Source: Candidatus Spongiisociaceae bacterium
Lineage (GTDB): Bacteria > Actinomycetota > Acidimicrobiia > Spongiisociales > Spongiisociaceae
Length of the DNA: 64,000 nucleotides
Direction of reading: 5' to 3'
Assembly: GCA_965219685.1 (NCBI GenBank)
Contig: CBDCOH010000002.1
Coordinates: forward strand, 3,424,001 to 3,488,000
How positions within the stretch are numbered: the first letter of the stretch is position 1; the number at the start of each line of letters is the position of its first letter. The notes under the pieces are model-generated. The model ran no database searches. It worked only from the letters and a program-made list of their open reading frames with translations, and was not told the origin of the DNA. The translations under genes and the position numbers were made by a program. Shown here one piece after another: positions 8,908-18,043 of the stretch.

Positions 8908-9562
8908 CGGTAGTGATCACCAAGAGTCAACGGATGCACTAGATTGCCGCCCGGTTACAATCGGTACCCGTATACGGGCTCGTGTCGTTGACAGCCTGCT
9001 CTATTTGGCAGCTGGTATCGGACTCTTGATCGCTGCTGATTGGTTCGTACTACCAGGATTCGGTGTACAATTCTCCTCCTTAGGAGTAAGGGATTCAGAT
9101 CCTCCACAACTCTCGGCTGGTTACAGGACCCTCGCCATACCCGACTCGGACCTCTGGGCAGCCGTCTTCTTGCTCTACTGGCCGATCGTATTCCTGGTAC
9201 CAGCCCTTCTCTACGAGGTACCGATGGTCGCCCTCCGCGGGCAAACACCGGGAAAGATACTGAACAACATGAATGTGGTCGCTTTCGAGGACGGTAGACC
9301 CCCCGGCTGGGGCAGATCCTGCGCCAGGTGGGCCGTTCTCTGGGTTCCCCTATTCATACCCCTCGGAGTTGTCCTCACCCTCTTGATAGCCAGTTCACCG
9401 CTGTTCGACCCCGATCGCCGCGGATGGCATGACAGAATCGCCGGCACGATGGTGGTCAGCGGACGTACGGGAACGGCGCCGTCTCGGACGCCCGGGGTTG
9501 GTAGCCGACGGGCGCGGTCACCGGGGTTGGGCGAGGATGGCCTACCGCCGACCCGGGCCTGA
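8900..9562 (+). CDS. RDD family membrane protein
   Basis: TRIRARVVD, GQTPGK, RRGWHDRIAGTMVV; overlaps upstream RDD gene. Confidence 0.8.
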   Translation: MISGSDHQESTDALDCRPVTIGTRIRARVVDSLLYLAAGIGLLIAADWFVLPGFGVQFSSLGVRDSDPPQLSAGYRTLAIPDSDLWAAVFLLYWPIVFLVPALLYEVPMVALRGQTPGKILNNMNVVAFEDGRPPGWGRSCARWAVLWVPLFIPLGVVLTLLIASSPLFDPDRRGWHDRIAGTMVVSGRTGTAPSRTPGVGSRRARSPGLGEDGLPPTRA

Positions 9563-10138
9563 CGACCGATCCTCGAGGGACCTGAGCTCCAGCGCCAGGC
9601 CGGCCACCATCAGGTAGGCCCTATCCGCCCTTGATGCGACCAGTTGATTCACGCGCCCGAGCACGTCCCTGTACTCCCTTGCAAGCGCTGATGCGGGCAC
9701 TATGCCTTGCCCGACCTCGTTGCTGACCAGGATCCACCGGCCGCCCGCCTCGTCGATCAGGTCGAGTAGGCGCCTCACCGTCTCGAGGATCGTGCCCTCC
9801 ACGCCCGAATCCTCCTCGCCCGCGAGCAGGAGGTTGCTCACCCACAGGGTCAGGCAGTCCAGGACGAACGTGTCGTGGCGCTCGACGAGCGGCCGGACCG
9901 CATCGCTGACGTGGATCGGCTCCTCGAGCGTATCCCAGTGCTCCGGCCGGTAGCGACGGTGATCAGCGATACGCCGGCGCATCCCTTCGTCAAGGGCTTC
10001 GGCGGTGGCGATGAAGAGCACCCTTCCCCGATGCCTCGCCATGCGCTCCGCTGCGGTGCTCTTTCCTGAGCGGGCGCCACCGAGGATCAGGACGAGTTCG
10101 CCCGGGCGAGCCGCGGACCCGTCCGAGCTGTCAGGCAT
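9542..10138 (-). CDS. cobU: Adenosylcobinamide kinase / GDP-cobinamide guanylyltransferase
   Basis: LILGGARSGKS, W.TLEEP, LDCLTLWVSN, VSNEVG.GIVP, RDVLGRVNQ. Confidence 0.95.
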   Translation of the reverse strand: MPDSSDGSAARPGELVLILGGARSGKSTAAERMARHRGRVLFIATAEALDEGMRRRIADHRRYRPEHWDTLEEPIHVSDAVRPLVERHDTFVLDCLTLWVSNLLLAGEEDSGVEGTILETVRRLLDLIDEAGGRWILVSNEVGQGIVPASALAREYRDVLGRVNQLVASRADRAYLMVAGLALELRSLEDRSSGPGRR

Positions 10139-10766
10139 CGAAGCCCGACCCCAGATGGCTGGTGTCGTTGAGCAGGTCGAGGGTCACGCCGCCCTCCTCG
10201 TACACAGTGACAACCGACAGGCCGGCGTTCGACAGCCGGAGCCTCCACATTGCATCGACGGGCAACCCGAGCATTGACACCATCATGGCGCGCAGGATGC
10301 CTCCGTGGGAAACGACCAGGAGATTCCCGCCGGCACCGTCATGGCGGGCCGTGATCCGCGCCACCGCGCCGGCTGCCCTGCTCAGCAGCGTCCGGTCGCT
10401 CTCGCCTCCCGGTGGGGCGAAATCCGGCCTCTCGTCGAACAACTCCTCCAACATGCGGGGGTAAAGGCTCCTGACCTCCTCGTAGGTCATCCCCTCCCAC
10501 TCGCCGAAGTTCTTCTCCCTCAGATCGCGCCGGTAGGTGATCGGAGTCTCCCGGCCTCGCATCACGGGCTCCGCCGTGTCCACGGCCCGGACCAGGTCGC
10601 TGGAGTAGGCCGCCTCGAAGGCCACCGGGGCCAGCCGGACCCCCACGGCCTCCGCCTGCTCGAGTCCCTCCCGATTCAAGGGCGGGTCCGCCTGGCCCTG
10701 GGCACGCCCGACCCTGTTCCACTCGGTCTGCCCATGCCGTACCAGGAACCATCTACGCATGTGCAT
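10131..10766 (-). CDS. cobC: Histidine phosphatase, probable alpha-ribazole/adenosylcobalamin-5'-phosphate phosphatase
   Basis: LVRHGQTEWN, YSSDL.RA, LREKNFGEWEG, VSHGG; cob operon context. Confidence 0.75.
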   Translation of the reverse strand: MHMRRWFLVRHGQTEWNRVGRAQGQADPPLNREGLEQAEAVGVRLAPVAFEAAYSSDLVRAVDTAEPVMRGRETPITYRRDLREKNFGEWEGMTYEEVRSLYPRMLEELFDERPDFAPPGGESDRTLLSRAAGAVARITARHDGAGGNLLVVSHGGILRAMMVSMLGLPVDAMWRLRLSNAGLSVVTVYEEGGVTLDLLNDTSHLGSGFDA

Positions 10767-10843
10767 CCCTCAGGATCCGCCCGCCCGCGTCACCGGCTAC
10801 GGGCCGCCGTAGGGCTCCCCCACGACCGGCCAACCTCCCGTCG

Positions 10844-12322
10844 CTAACGAGCCGGCTCCGCGCTGAAGAGTGCGTCGACGTCGACCGCGGCCTCGAGAGC
10901 CGAGGCCACCTCGTCGAGGGCGTCCTCCACAACGACCGAGAATTCGAGCTCGGGGTCGGACGCGGCGCCGAGGCGAGCCAGCCAGGCCCGCCGGTACGCA
11001 TCGCTGTTGAAGAGCCCGTGCAGGTGGACCCCGCCGATCCGCCCGTCCGGGCTCTGCGCGCCATCGGGGCCGTATGTTATTTGGAGCAGGGGCCGGCCGA
11101 GATCGGGGCCGGTGACCCGGCCGTTGTGGATCTCGTATCCGTGGACCGGCGCGCCGGACAGAGCGCACCTCCCCGAGACCTCCCGCACGATCTTGGTGTC
11201 CGCCATGGTGGTCTCGATGTCGAGCAGCCCGAAGCCTGCAATGCTGCGGGCCGGCCCGTCCACACCGTTCGGGTCGTGAACCGCCCTTCCCAGCATCTGC
11301 ATCCCGCCGCAGATACCGAACACTCGCCCGCCCCCGCGGGCGTGGGCGATTATGTCGTGGTCCCATCCCTGCTGCCTGCAGAGGTCGAGATCGCCGATCG
11401 TCGACTTGGTCCCGGGGAGCAGGATGAGGTCGACATCCCTCGGAATCGATCGACCGGGCCGCACGAGCAGGCACTCCACACCGGGTTCCGCGAGAAGCGG
11501 ATCGAGGTCGTCGTGGTTGGCGATACGGCCCAGCAGGGGAACGGCCACCCGCAAAAGGCGGGGATCACCGTACGACCGAGCCACCGGGCCGACCGACTCG
11601 GGCAGGGCTACCGCGTCCTCCGACGGCAACCGGGACGCCGCCGCTATCCAGGGGACCACCCCTAAGCAATTCCAGCCGGTCCGCCGCTCGATCAGCTCGA
11701 CACCGGGTTCGAAGATGCTGCGGGCCCCCCGAAACTTGTTGATCACGAACCCGGTCACCATCGCCGCGTCGGCCGGATCCAGGACCGCGTGGGTTCCAAC
11801 GAGCGAAGCGATAACCCCGCCCCGGTCGATGTCGCCGACGATGCAGACCGGCACACCGGCCCGGCGGGCGAAGCCCATGTTGGCGATGTCGCGGCAACGG
11901 AGGTTGGTCTCGGCCGGGCTTCCGGCGCCCTCCACTATGACCAGGTCGTGGGTGGCGACCAGCCTGTTGAAACTGTCGGTGACCACGTCGAGCAGGCCAC
12001 CGCGGTCACCGATGTAGTCACCCGGTTCGAGAAGACCGTACGGCTCCCCGCGGACGACCAGCTGGGCGGTGCGATCGGACTGCGGCTTGATCAGGACCGG
12101 GTTGAGATCGGGCCGTGCCGGGACCCCTGCGGCGCGGGCCTGCAGTGCCTGGGCCCGGCCGATCTCCCCACCGCCCGGGCACGCCGCGGCGTTGTTGGAC
12201 ATGTTCTGGGGCTTGAAGGGGGACACGGCAATGCCGCGCTGGGCGGCCAGGCGGCAGAGCCCCGCCACGATCAGGGACTTGCCGGCACTCGAGGCGGTTC
12301 CCTGGATCATGATGGCGCGCAT
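10844..12322 (-). CDS. cobQ: Cobyric acid synthase
   Basis: IMIQGTASSAGKS, PFKPQNMSNN, EGAGSPAE, DIDRGGV, GICGGMQMLG, HLHGLF; start ATG 12322. Confidence 0.95.
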   Translation of the reverse strand: MRAIMIQGTASSAGKSLIVAGLCRLAAQRGIAVSPFKPQNMSNNAAACPGGGEIGRAQALQARAAGVPARPDLNPVLIKPQSDRTAQLVVRGEPYGLLEPGDYIGDRGGLLDVVTDSFNRLVATHDLVIVEGAGSPAETNLRCRDIANMGFARRAGVPVCIVGDIDRGGVIASLVGTHAVLDPADAAMVTGFVINKFRGARSIFEPGVELIERRTGWNCLGVVPWIAAASRLPSEDAVALPESVGPVARSYGDPRLLRVAVPLLGRIANHDDLDPLLAEPGVECLLVRPGRSIPRDVDLILLPGTKSTIGDLDLCRQQGWDHDIIAHARGGGRVFGICGGMQMLGRAVHDPNGVDGPARSIAGFGLLDIETTMADTKIVREVSGRCALSGAPVHGYEIHNGRVTGPDLGRPLLQITYGPDGAQSPDGRIGGVHLHGLFNSDAYRRAWLARLGAASDPELEFSVVVEDALDEVASALEAAVDVDALFSAEPAR

Positions 12323-12368
12323 GGATGGACAGACTAGATGCCGGGCCGGGGCCGCCACACCCTTCAAC

Positions 12369-12449
12369 TGCGCCGAGAAGTACGGCCAGGAGAAGTGGGC
12401 CGAGTACCAGGAGACGGTGCCGTACCGCATCATCCCCGGCATCTATTGA
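12369..12449 (+). pseudogene. C-terminal relic of an ERG4/ERG24 (sterol reductase)-type gene
   Basis: CAEKYGQEKWAEYQETVPYRIIPGIY* with coding-like GC3, antisense in the cobD-cobQ spacer; no plausible start. Confidence 0.6.
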
Positions 12450-12491
12450 TGCCGGCGGAGTTGCCCTGAGTTTACCGGAGAGCGCTCCGAT

Positions 12492-13556
12492 TCAAGCTAG
12501 AACGTCACGCAGCGCACCGATCAAGCGGCGGCTGTCCTCCATGCCTCTCACCCCGATCCGGATGTGCCCCGGCAACCCGAACGATGAGCAATCGCGTACG
12601 CACATCCGGCGGCGCGTGAGCAAGGCGTGGCGCACCTCCGGCGCGGCGCCCACCTCGACCAGCAGAAAGTTGGCGCTCGAGGGCGCGCATGCCAAGCCCA
12701 GCGCCCGGAGTTCGCGCACCAGGTACTCCCTGGCGGCCTTCACGACCCTGCGGCCCCCGTCCGCATGGTCCGGATCACCGAGCGCGGCGATCCCGGCGAC
12801 CTGAGCCGCCGCGTTCACGCTCCACGTGTACTGGAAACGCCTCGCCTCCCCCACCAGCCCGGCCGGCGCCAGCATGTACCCCAGCCGCAAGCCGGTGAGC
12901 CCATGGTCCTTGGTCATGGATCGCAGCAGCGCCACGTTGCCGGCATCCAGCAGCGCGGTCGCATCCCAGCGCTCGTCCACGAAGGACGCGTAGGCCTCGT
13001 CCACCACCAGCAACCCGGCATCCCCCACCGCCCGGGCGCAGGCTTCGACCTCGCCCTGTCCAAGATACGTCCCGGTCGGGTTGTTGGGATTGCAGATGAA
13101 GACCACGGCCGGCCGGAGTTCTGCCAGGCGACGCGCCGCTTCCGGTATGTCCCAGCGGAACCGCCCTCCCGGGGAGGCGGCGATCGGGACAGGCTCGACC
13201 TGCTGGAGACGGCATGCGGCCTCGTACTCGCCGAAGGTCGGCGCGAGGACGGCGGCGCGGTCGCCCGGACGGAGCCGCGCCCGGGCAATCAGGTGGATCA
13301 GCTCGGTGGACCCGTTCCCGACCAGAATGCGCTCCCGCCGGACTCCGAGTTCGGCGCCGAGTGCGGTCCGTAGCTCGAAGCACTCGGGATCGGGATAGGC
13401 GGACAACTCCACATGGCGGAGGGAGCCCTCCACCTGCGGGGAGACCCCGAGGGGATTGATGCTGGCGCTGAAGTCCACCACCTCGTCGCGACGCAGGCCG
13501 AGGGTCTTCAACTCGGCGTCGTTCAGGCCGCCGTGGAACGGGCGGGGGGTGGACAC
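12492..13556 (-). CDS. cobD: Threonine-phosphate decarboxylase (class I/II PLP fold)
   Basis: HGG, DFSASINPLG, GNGSTELI, CNPNNPTG, DEAY, RSMTKDHGLTGLRLGY; cob context. Confidence 0.85.
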   Translation of the reverse strand: MSTPRPFHGGLNDAELKTLGLRRDEVVDFSASINPLGVSPQVEGSLRHVELSAYPDPECFELRTALGAELGVRRERILVGNGSTELIHLIARARLRPGDRAAVLAPTFGEYEAACRLQQVEPVPIAASPGGRFRWDIPEAARRLAELRPAVVFICNPNNPTGTYLGQGEVEACARAVGDAGLLVVDEAYASFVDERWDATALLDAGNVALLRSMTKDHGLTGLRLGYMLAPAGLVGEARRFQYTWSVNAAAQVAGIAALGDPDHADGGRRVVKAAREYLVRELRALGLACAPSSANFLLVEVGAAPEVRHALLTRRRMCVRDCSSFGLPGHIRIGVRGMEDSRRLIGALRDVLA

Positions 13557-13560
13557 GCTT

Positions 13561-14517
13561 CTACCCGAAGACCGATCCGCGCAGTGCCAGGGCCGCCACT
13601 ACCACTGCCGCCGCGGCGGCGGCGACAGCGTTGGCGAGCCGGACAGAGGCGCCTATGTCGGCGGGCTCCGGATCGTCCAGCCCGTCCCCGATCCGGTAGT
13701 GACCGGTCTTCTCCAGCGCCACCCCCAGCAGTCCGGCCGCCGCGGCGATCGTCCACCCCGCGTTCGGGCTTTCGGTCAGCCGGTGGTCCCGCCGCGCGAT
13801 CCTCCACCCCCGGCCGGTCGGCATGCCGCATAACAGCCTGCCCGCCCCCAGCATCAGCAGGGCGCTCAGCCGGGCCGGTACCAGGTTGACCAGATCGTCG
13901 AGCCTGGCGGCGGCCTTGCCCAGGTGCTCGTACCTGCCCCGGTATCCGATCATGCTGTCCAGGGTGTTGATCGCCCGGTAGGCGAAGGCACCCGGCAGGC
14001 CGAACAGGGCGAAGGCCAGCCAAGGGCCGACGAAGCTGTCAGTGGTGTTCTCGGCCACCGACTCGATCGCCGCCATCGCCACCAGGGGAGGCGCCAGCGC
14101 CCGTGTATCGCGGCTGACCAGGCTGCCCAGGCTCCGCCGAGCCTTCTCCCGGTCATCTGACTCCATGGCCGAGCGGGTCCTGTTGGCGGCACGCCCCAGT
14201 TCCCTGACCGCGAATGTGCTGCTGAGAAGTACGGACCCCGCCGCCACATAGGCGATCCATCCCACCTCCCGAAGCGTCACCGCCGCCAGCCAGGCGAGCC
14301 CGCCGGCCGCCACCGGCACGAATACGGCCATTCCGATCCCGGCCACCAGCGAGGCCAACCTGCGACCGGGACCGGGCGAGAGTCGCTCGAGCCGCGCGAT
14401 CAGCCTCCCCATCCACACCACGGGGTGAAGGGAGGGTGGCGCCTCCCCGAGAGCCAGGTCCACCAATATCGCGACGAGCAAGGTCGCCGCCTCTACACGC
14501 CAATCGCCCGACCACAT
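13561..14517 (-). CDS. cbiB: Adenosylcobinamide-phosphate synthase
   Basis: HPVVWMG, LVSRDT, ESVAENTTD, YRAINTLDSMIGY, ARLDD, SPNAGW; start ATG 14517. Confidence 0.92.
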   Translation of the reverse strand: MWSGDWRVEAATLLVAILVDLALGEAPPSLHPVVWMGRLIARLERLSPGPGRRLASLVAGIGMAVFVPVAAGGLAWLAAVTLREVGWIAYVAAGSVLLSSTFAVRELGRAANRTRSAMESDDREKARRSLGSLVSRDTRALAPPLVAMAAIESVAENTTDSFVGPWLAFALFGLPGAFAYRAINTLDSMIGYRGRYEHLGKAAARLDDLVNLVPARLSALLMLGAGRLLCGMPTGRGWRIARRDHRLTESPNAGWTIAAAAGLLGVALEKTGHYRIGDGLDDPEPADIGASVRLANAVAAAAAAVVVAALALRGSVFG

Positions 14518-14528
14518 CCCGCAGAGAC

Positions 14529-15470
14529 TCAGACGGGCGCGTCCAGCAGAGCGAGCAACGGTGATCCGAGGGCCCCCGGATCCGCGACCGTCATGACCAC
14601 GGCCAGCACGAGAACCGCGGCTTCGCTCGTCTCGCACGCCGCCCCGTAGATGTCACCGGTGACGCCGCCGATGCGTCGCTTCGCCCATGTCCCGACCGCC
14701 GCAGCGGCGAGGCCGGCGGCGGCCATTAGCAGGAGACCCACGGGACCGGTCAGCATCACGGTCGCCGCCACCGCCATGACCGAGCCCAGCAGCAGACTCC
14801 GCCGGCTCCCGCCAACGAGGAACGGCGTACCGAGGCCCTCGCGACGCACGTACGGGAACCGGTCCATCACGACCAGCATGGCCCAGCGGGACAGGCAGGG
14901 AACCAGCATGATCGTCCAGAGACGGCTATGCGCGGGGAGGGCGGCCATCGACGACGACTTGACGAGCAGCAGGAGCACGACGCCGATGACCGCGTAGGCC
15001 CCCACATGCGGATCTCGGAGCAGTGCCAGCCGCCGCTCCCGGTCGTGCCCGCCCGCCAGCGCATCGAAGGTGTCCATGAAGCCGTCCAGGTGCAGACCGC
15101 GCGTCAGCACGGCCAGCACGGCTACCAGCAACACCCCCTCCAGAAGGAAAGGAACCCCGCGGTAGGAGATCGAAATGTCAGTGGTGGAGATCTCCGTGGT
15201 GCCAGCCGTGTGGATGATGGCCTCCACAGGGAACGCATGCTGCCAGAACCCGGGGAGGAAGTATTGGAGTTCGTCGGCGGACGGCACGAATCGGGCCTGG
15301 AGTACCAGGTATCCCAGGCGGAGCAACCCATCCACCATGGCAAGGATCACCCCCAGGAGCAGGCCAACAACCGGGAACCAGGCCGGCGCTCCCGACAAAC
15401 CGGCGGCAGGGGTCCGCGGCGCGCCCGGAAGGAGCGTCAGGAAGCCGATGGCTGCGCGCAGTCCTCTCAT
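14529..15470 (-). CDS. cobS: Adenosylcobinamide-GDP ribazoletransferase (cobalamin synthase), with ~50-aa insertion
   Basis: FLTLLP, FPVVG, GLHLDGFMDTFD, RDPHVG, IGGVTGDIYGA. Confidence 0.92.
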   Translation of the reverse strand: MRGLRAAIGFLTLLPGAPRTPAAGLSGAPAWFPVVGLLLGVILAMVDGLLRLGYLVLQARFVPSADELQYFLPGFWQHAFPVEAIIHTAGTTEISTTDISISYRGVPFLLEGVLLVAVLAVLTRGLHLDGFMDTFDALAGGHDRERRLALLRDPHVGAYAVIGVVLLLLVKSSSMAALPAHSRLWTIMLVPCLSRWAMLVVMDRFPYVRREGLGTPFLVGGSRRSLLLGSVMAVAATVMLTGPVGLLLMAAAGLAAAAVGTWAKRRIGGVTGDIYGAACETSEAAVLVLAVVMTVADPGALGSPLLALLDAPV

Positions 15471-16567
15471 TCCCCCGCATCCGCCGCCGCGTCGTCACCG
15501 GGACGGTCCGAGACTCCTGCCTCGCCGAACGTGGCCATCCCGGTGAGGCAAGCCGCGGCCGCTTCGATGATGCCCATGGCCAAGACGGCTCCGGTGCCTT
15601 CGCCGAGACGCATCCCGAGGTCCAGGAGCGGGTCGAGCCCCAGATGGGCCAGCACCACCCCGTGCCCGTTCTCGGCGGAACGGTGCGAGGCGATCATGTA
15701 GTCGCTGACCGCCGGGCTGAGGCCGTGGGCGATGAGTGCCGCTGCTCCCGAGATGAACCCGTCGAGCACTACCGCACGCCGCTCGGCGGCCGCCCCCAGC
15801 ACCACCCCGGCCAGCACCCCGATCTCGAACCCGCCCACCTTGGCGAGCACGTCGACCGGGTCGACCGGGTCAGGCGTGTTGACCTCCAGTGCCCTTCCCA
15901 CCACGGCGATCTTGTGCCCCAGCTCCTCGGGGCTGCGACCGGTGCCCTCCCCGGTTGTCTCTGCGGGCGGCTTGCCGGTCATCGCAGCGGCGATGGCGCT
16001 GGACGCGGTGGTGTTGCCGATGCCCATGTCCCCGGTCGCTATCAGGTCCGCCCCCGACTCCGCCACTTCGGTAGCCAGGGCCGCGCCGTCCTCGAGGCAG
16101 CGGACCGCCTGCTCCCTCGACATGGCCGGACCCCGACTCATGTCGGCCGTTCCGCGCCCGATCCGCAGGTTCCGGAGTCCGGGATGGTCGGGGAGCCTGG
16201 CCGCAGCGATCCCCGCGTCCACAACTATCTGGCGCACGCCGCCGAGACGCGCCATGACGCTAATCGCAGCCCCTCCGTCGAGGAAGTTCCGTACCATCTG
16301 GGCGGTCACCGCCTGGGGATAACCCGTGACCCCCTGAGCGACCACGCCGTGGTCCCCCGCCGCAACTATCACCGCCTTGCCCCGGATCGCCGGCTGCTCC
16401 GTCCCGAAGATCCCGGCCAGCTGCACCGAGACGTCCTCCAGCCGTCCGAGGCTGCCGGGAGGCTTGGTCAGGGACATCTGCCTCGCCATCGCACTTTCGG
16501 CCGCGCCTCGGTCTGCGGGACGTATCCGCTCCAGCATCGAGGCCAGGTTAGGGGTGAGGATGGTCAT
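15467..16567 (-). CDS. cobT: Nicotinate-nucleotide--dimethylbenzimidazole phosphoribosyltransferase
   Basis: LTKPPGSLGRLE, DHGV, GDMGIGNTT, GGFEI, LDGFI, MRLGEGTGA, MATF. Confidence 0.95.
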   Translation of the reverse strand: MTILTPNLASMLERIRPADRGAAESAMARQMSLTKPPGSLGRLEDVSVQLAGIFGTEQPAIRGKAVIVAAGDHGVVAQGVTGYPQAVTAQMVRNFLDGGAAISVMARLGGVRQIVVDAGIAAARLPDHPGLRNLRIGRGTADMSRGPAMSREQAVRCLEDGAALATEVAESGADLIATGDMGIGNTTASSAIAAAMTGKPPAETTGEGTGRSPEELGHKIAVVGRALEVNTPDPVDPVDVLAKVGGFEIGVLAGVVLGAAAERRAVVLDGFISGAAALIAHGLSPAVSDYMIASHRSAENGHGVVLAHLGLDPLLDLGMRLGEGTGAVLAMGIIEAAAACLTGMATFGEAGVSDRPGDDAAADAGE

Positions 16568-16730
16568 GATGGAAGCCCGGTGCCCTTGGTCCTGGGAGGG
16601 CGAGTTCTCCGACCTAACACCGGCGACACGTTGCCCCTGCCGGTGACGCCACGCCCGCCGGGTCTCCCCGGTTGTGCGGGCGTCGCCGTCTGCGGTTACG
16701 CCTTGCGCGTTGACGCGATCCGGCGACCCT

Positions 16731-17570
16731 CTAGGTGGTCGTGGCGAGGAACTCCGAGAGGACCGTGTTGAATCGATCCGGGTACTCCCAGAACATCATG
16801 TGACCGCCAAAGGCCTCGACGCGCGAATTCGGGCAATGCGTGGCGAGGTACCGCTTGGCCGTCGCCGCCCAGTGATCAGCTACGACGAACAACGACGGCA
16901 CGTCACCGTCCACCGCTTTGGCTTCCTCCTGATAGTTCGAAAAACATGCATCGGCGAGCAGGCCGGCAGCCATCAGAGGCGGTGTCGAGAGCGTCTGCTC
17001 GACGATCCAGGCGGTCAGCTCAGGTGACATCTCCTGCTCGATCATGACGTTGTCGGCATACCACGTTATGAGAGCGCGCAGCCCCTGTGATGTCTGGATC
17101 CCCTGATAGAAGCCTGCCAGTTCGGCTATCGAACCTTCCATCCACACGTCGTCGCAGCTCATCCCGATCGGCGGCATATCCACAGAGACATGGGCTCGTA
17201 GACCGGAGGCGCCGTGATCTCGGACATAATGCCAGGTGGTCGACGATCCGGTCGACCATCCGAGGAGCACCGGGTTCTCGACATCGAGATGCGCCAGCAG
17301 CTTGGCCAGGTCCGCGGCTTGGGTGGCGTAGTTGTTGCCCTCCAGCGTCACCGTCGAGCGACCCTGGCTTCGAGGGTCGAAGGATATGACCCGATGGCTC
17401 TTGGAGAACTCCGCGAACTGGTGGTCAAAGACCTTTGTCGTAAACGTCCAGCCGGGGACAAGAACTAGAGGGACACCGTCGCCTTCCTCTTCGTAATAGA
17501 TCTCGACGCCTGGTGCCACCTCTACGTAGTCGTGAATACGGTGACTTTGCGCGCTGACTGCTCCCGACAT
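16731..17570 (-). CDS. Alpha/beta hydrolase (non-heme haloperoxidase/arylesterase-like)
   Basis: LVPGW, DPRSQGRS, nucleophile GWSTG, GGHMMFWE; start ATG 17570 after GGAGG. Confidence 0.85.
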   Translation of the reverse strand: MSGAVSAQSHRIHDYVEVAPGVEIYYEEEGDGVPLVLVPGWTFTTKVFDHQFAEFSKSHRVISFDPRSQGRSTVTLEGNNYATQAADLAKLLAHLDVENPVLLGWSTGSSTTWHYVRDHGASGLRAHVSVDMPPIGMSCDDVWMEGSIAELAGFYQGIQTSQGLRALITWYADNVMIEQEMSPELTAWIVEQTLSTPPLMAAGLLADACFSNYQEEAKAVDGDVPSLFVVADHWAATAKRYLATHCPNSRVEAFGGHMMFWEYPDRFNTVLSEFLATTT

Positions 17571-17822
17571 TTGTTCGTACCTCCCGAGTGATGTGGCAAG
17601 GGCATGTACGACGTTAGACCGACTGTGCACATCTCGTCGGGCGCCTCCGTGGTGACCGTTCGGGGGACGGCACTTCCCTTCCTTCTTCGCGATGCCTCGA
17701 AGGTTGCCGCCATTGCGCGGATCGGACAGCCTGAGGAGCGCAGGGCGCGTGCCTCGTCATCTAAGTGAACAGGGCCGGGCCTCCGCTTGTCGACCAGCCA
17801 CCAGCCACCGGCCCCGCTATAG

Positions 17823-17960
17823 TTCGTGCCCGGCCCGGGGAGACAACCGGGCGCCATGGGGAACAGCGAAGTCCGGTGGAAGCCCGGCGCTGTCCCGCAA
17901 CTGTCATGCCTCTCTCGCGCAGGGAGGACGAGCCAGGACGCCTGACCCCATGGTCACGAA
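17823..17960 (+). ncRNA. Cobalamin riboswitch
   Basis: GAAGTCCGGTGGAAGCCCGGCGCTGTCCCGCAACTGT core, GAGCCAGGACGCCTG B12-box, closing helix CCATGGGG/CCCCATGG; directly upstream of Btu-type importer. Confidence 0.9.
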
Positions 17961-18043
17961 TCAGCTCTCGGAGGAAGGGTTGGTCGTGCAGGGGCTCATA
18001 GCGAGAACCCGGACGATCTCTCTTCATCCTCCGATCAAGGAGG

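Noticed and set aside
16568-16730. Second cobalamin riboswitch upstream of cobT
   Set aside because: A GC hairpin is present but there is no CCCGC.ACTGT core or B12 box on the minus strand.
17690-17768. ARIGQPEE as an SDR C-terminal relic
   Set aside because: Match too short to distinguish from chance.
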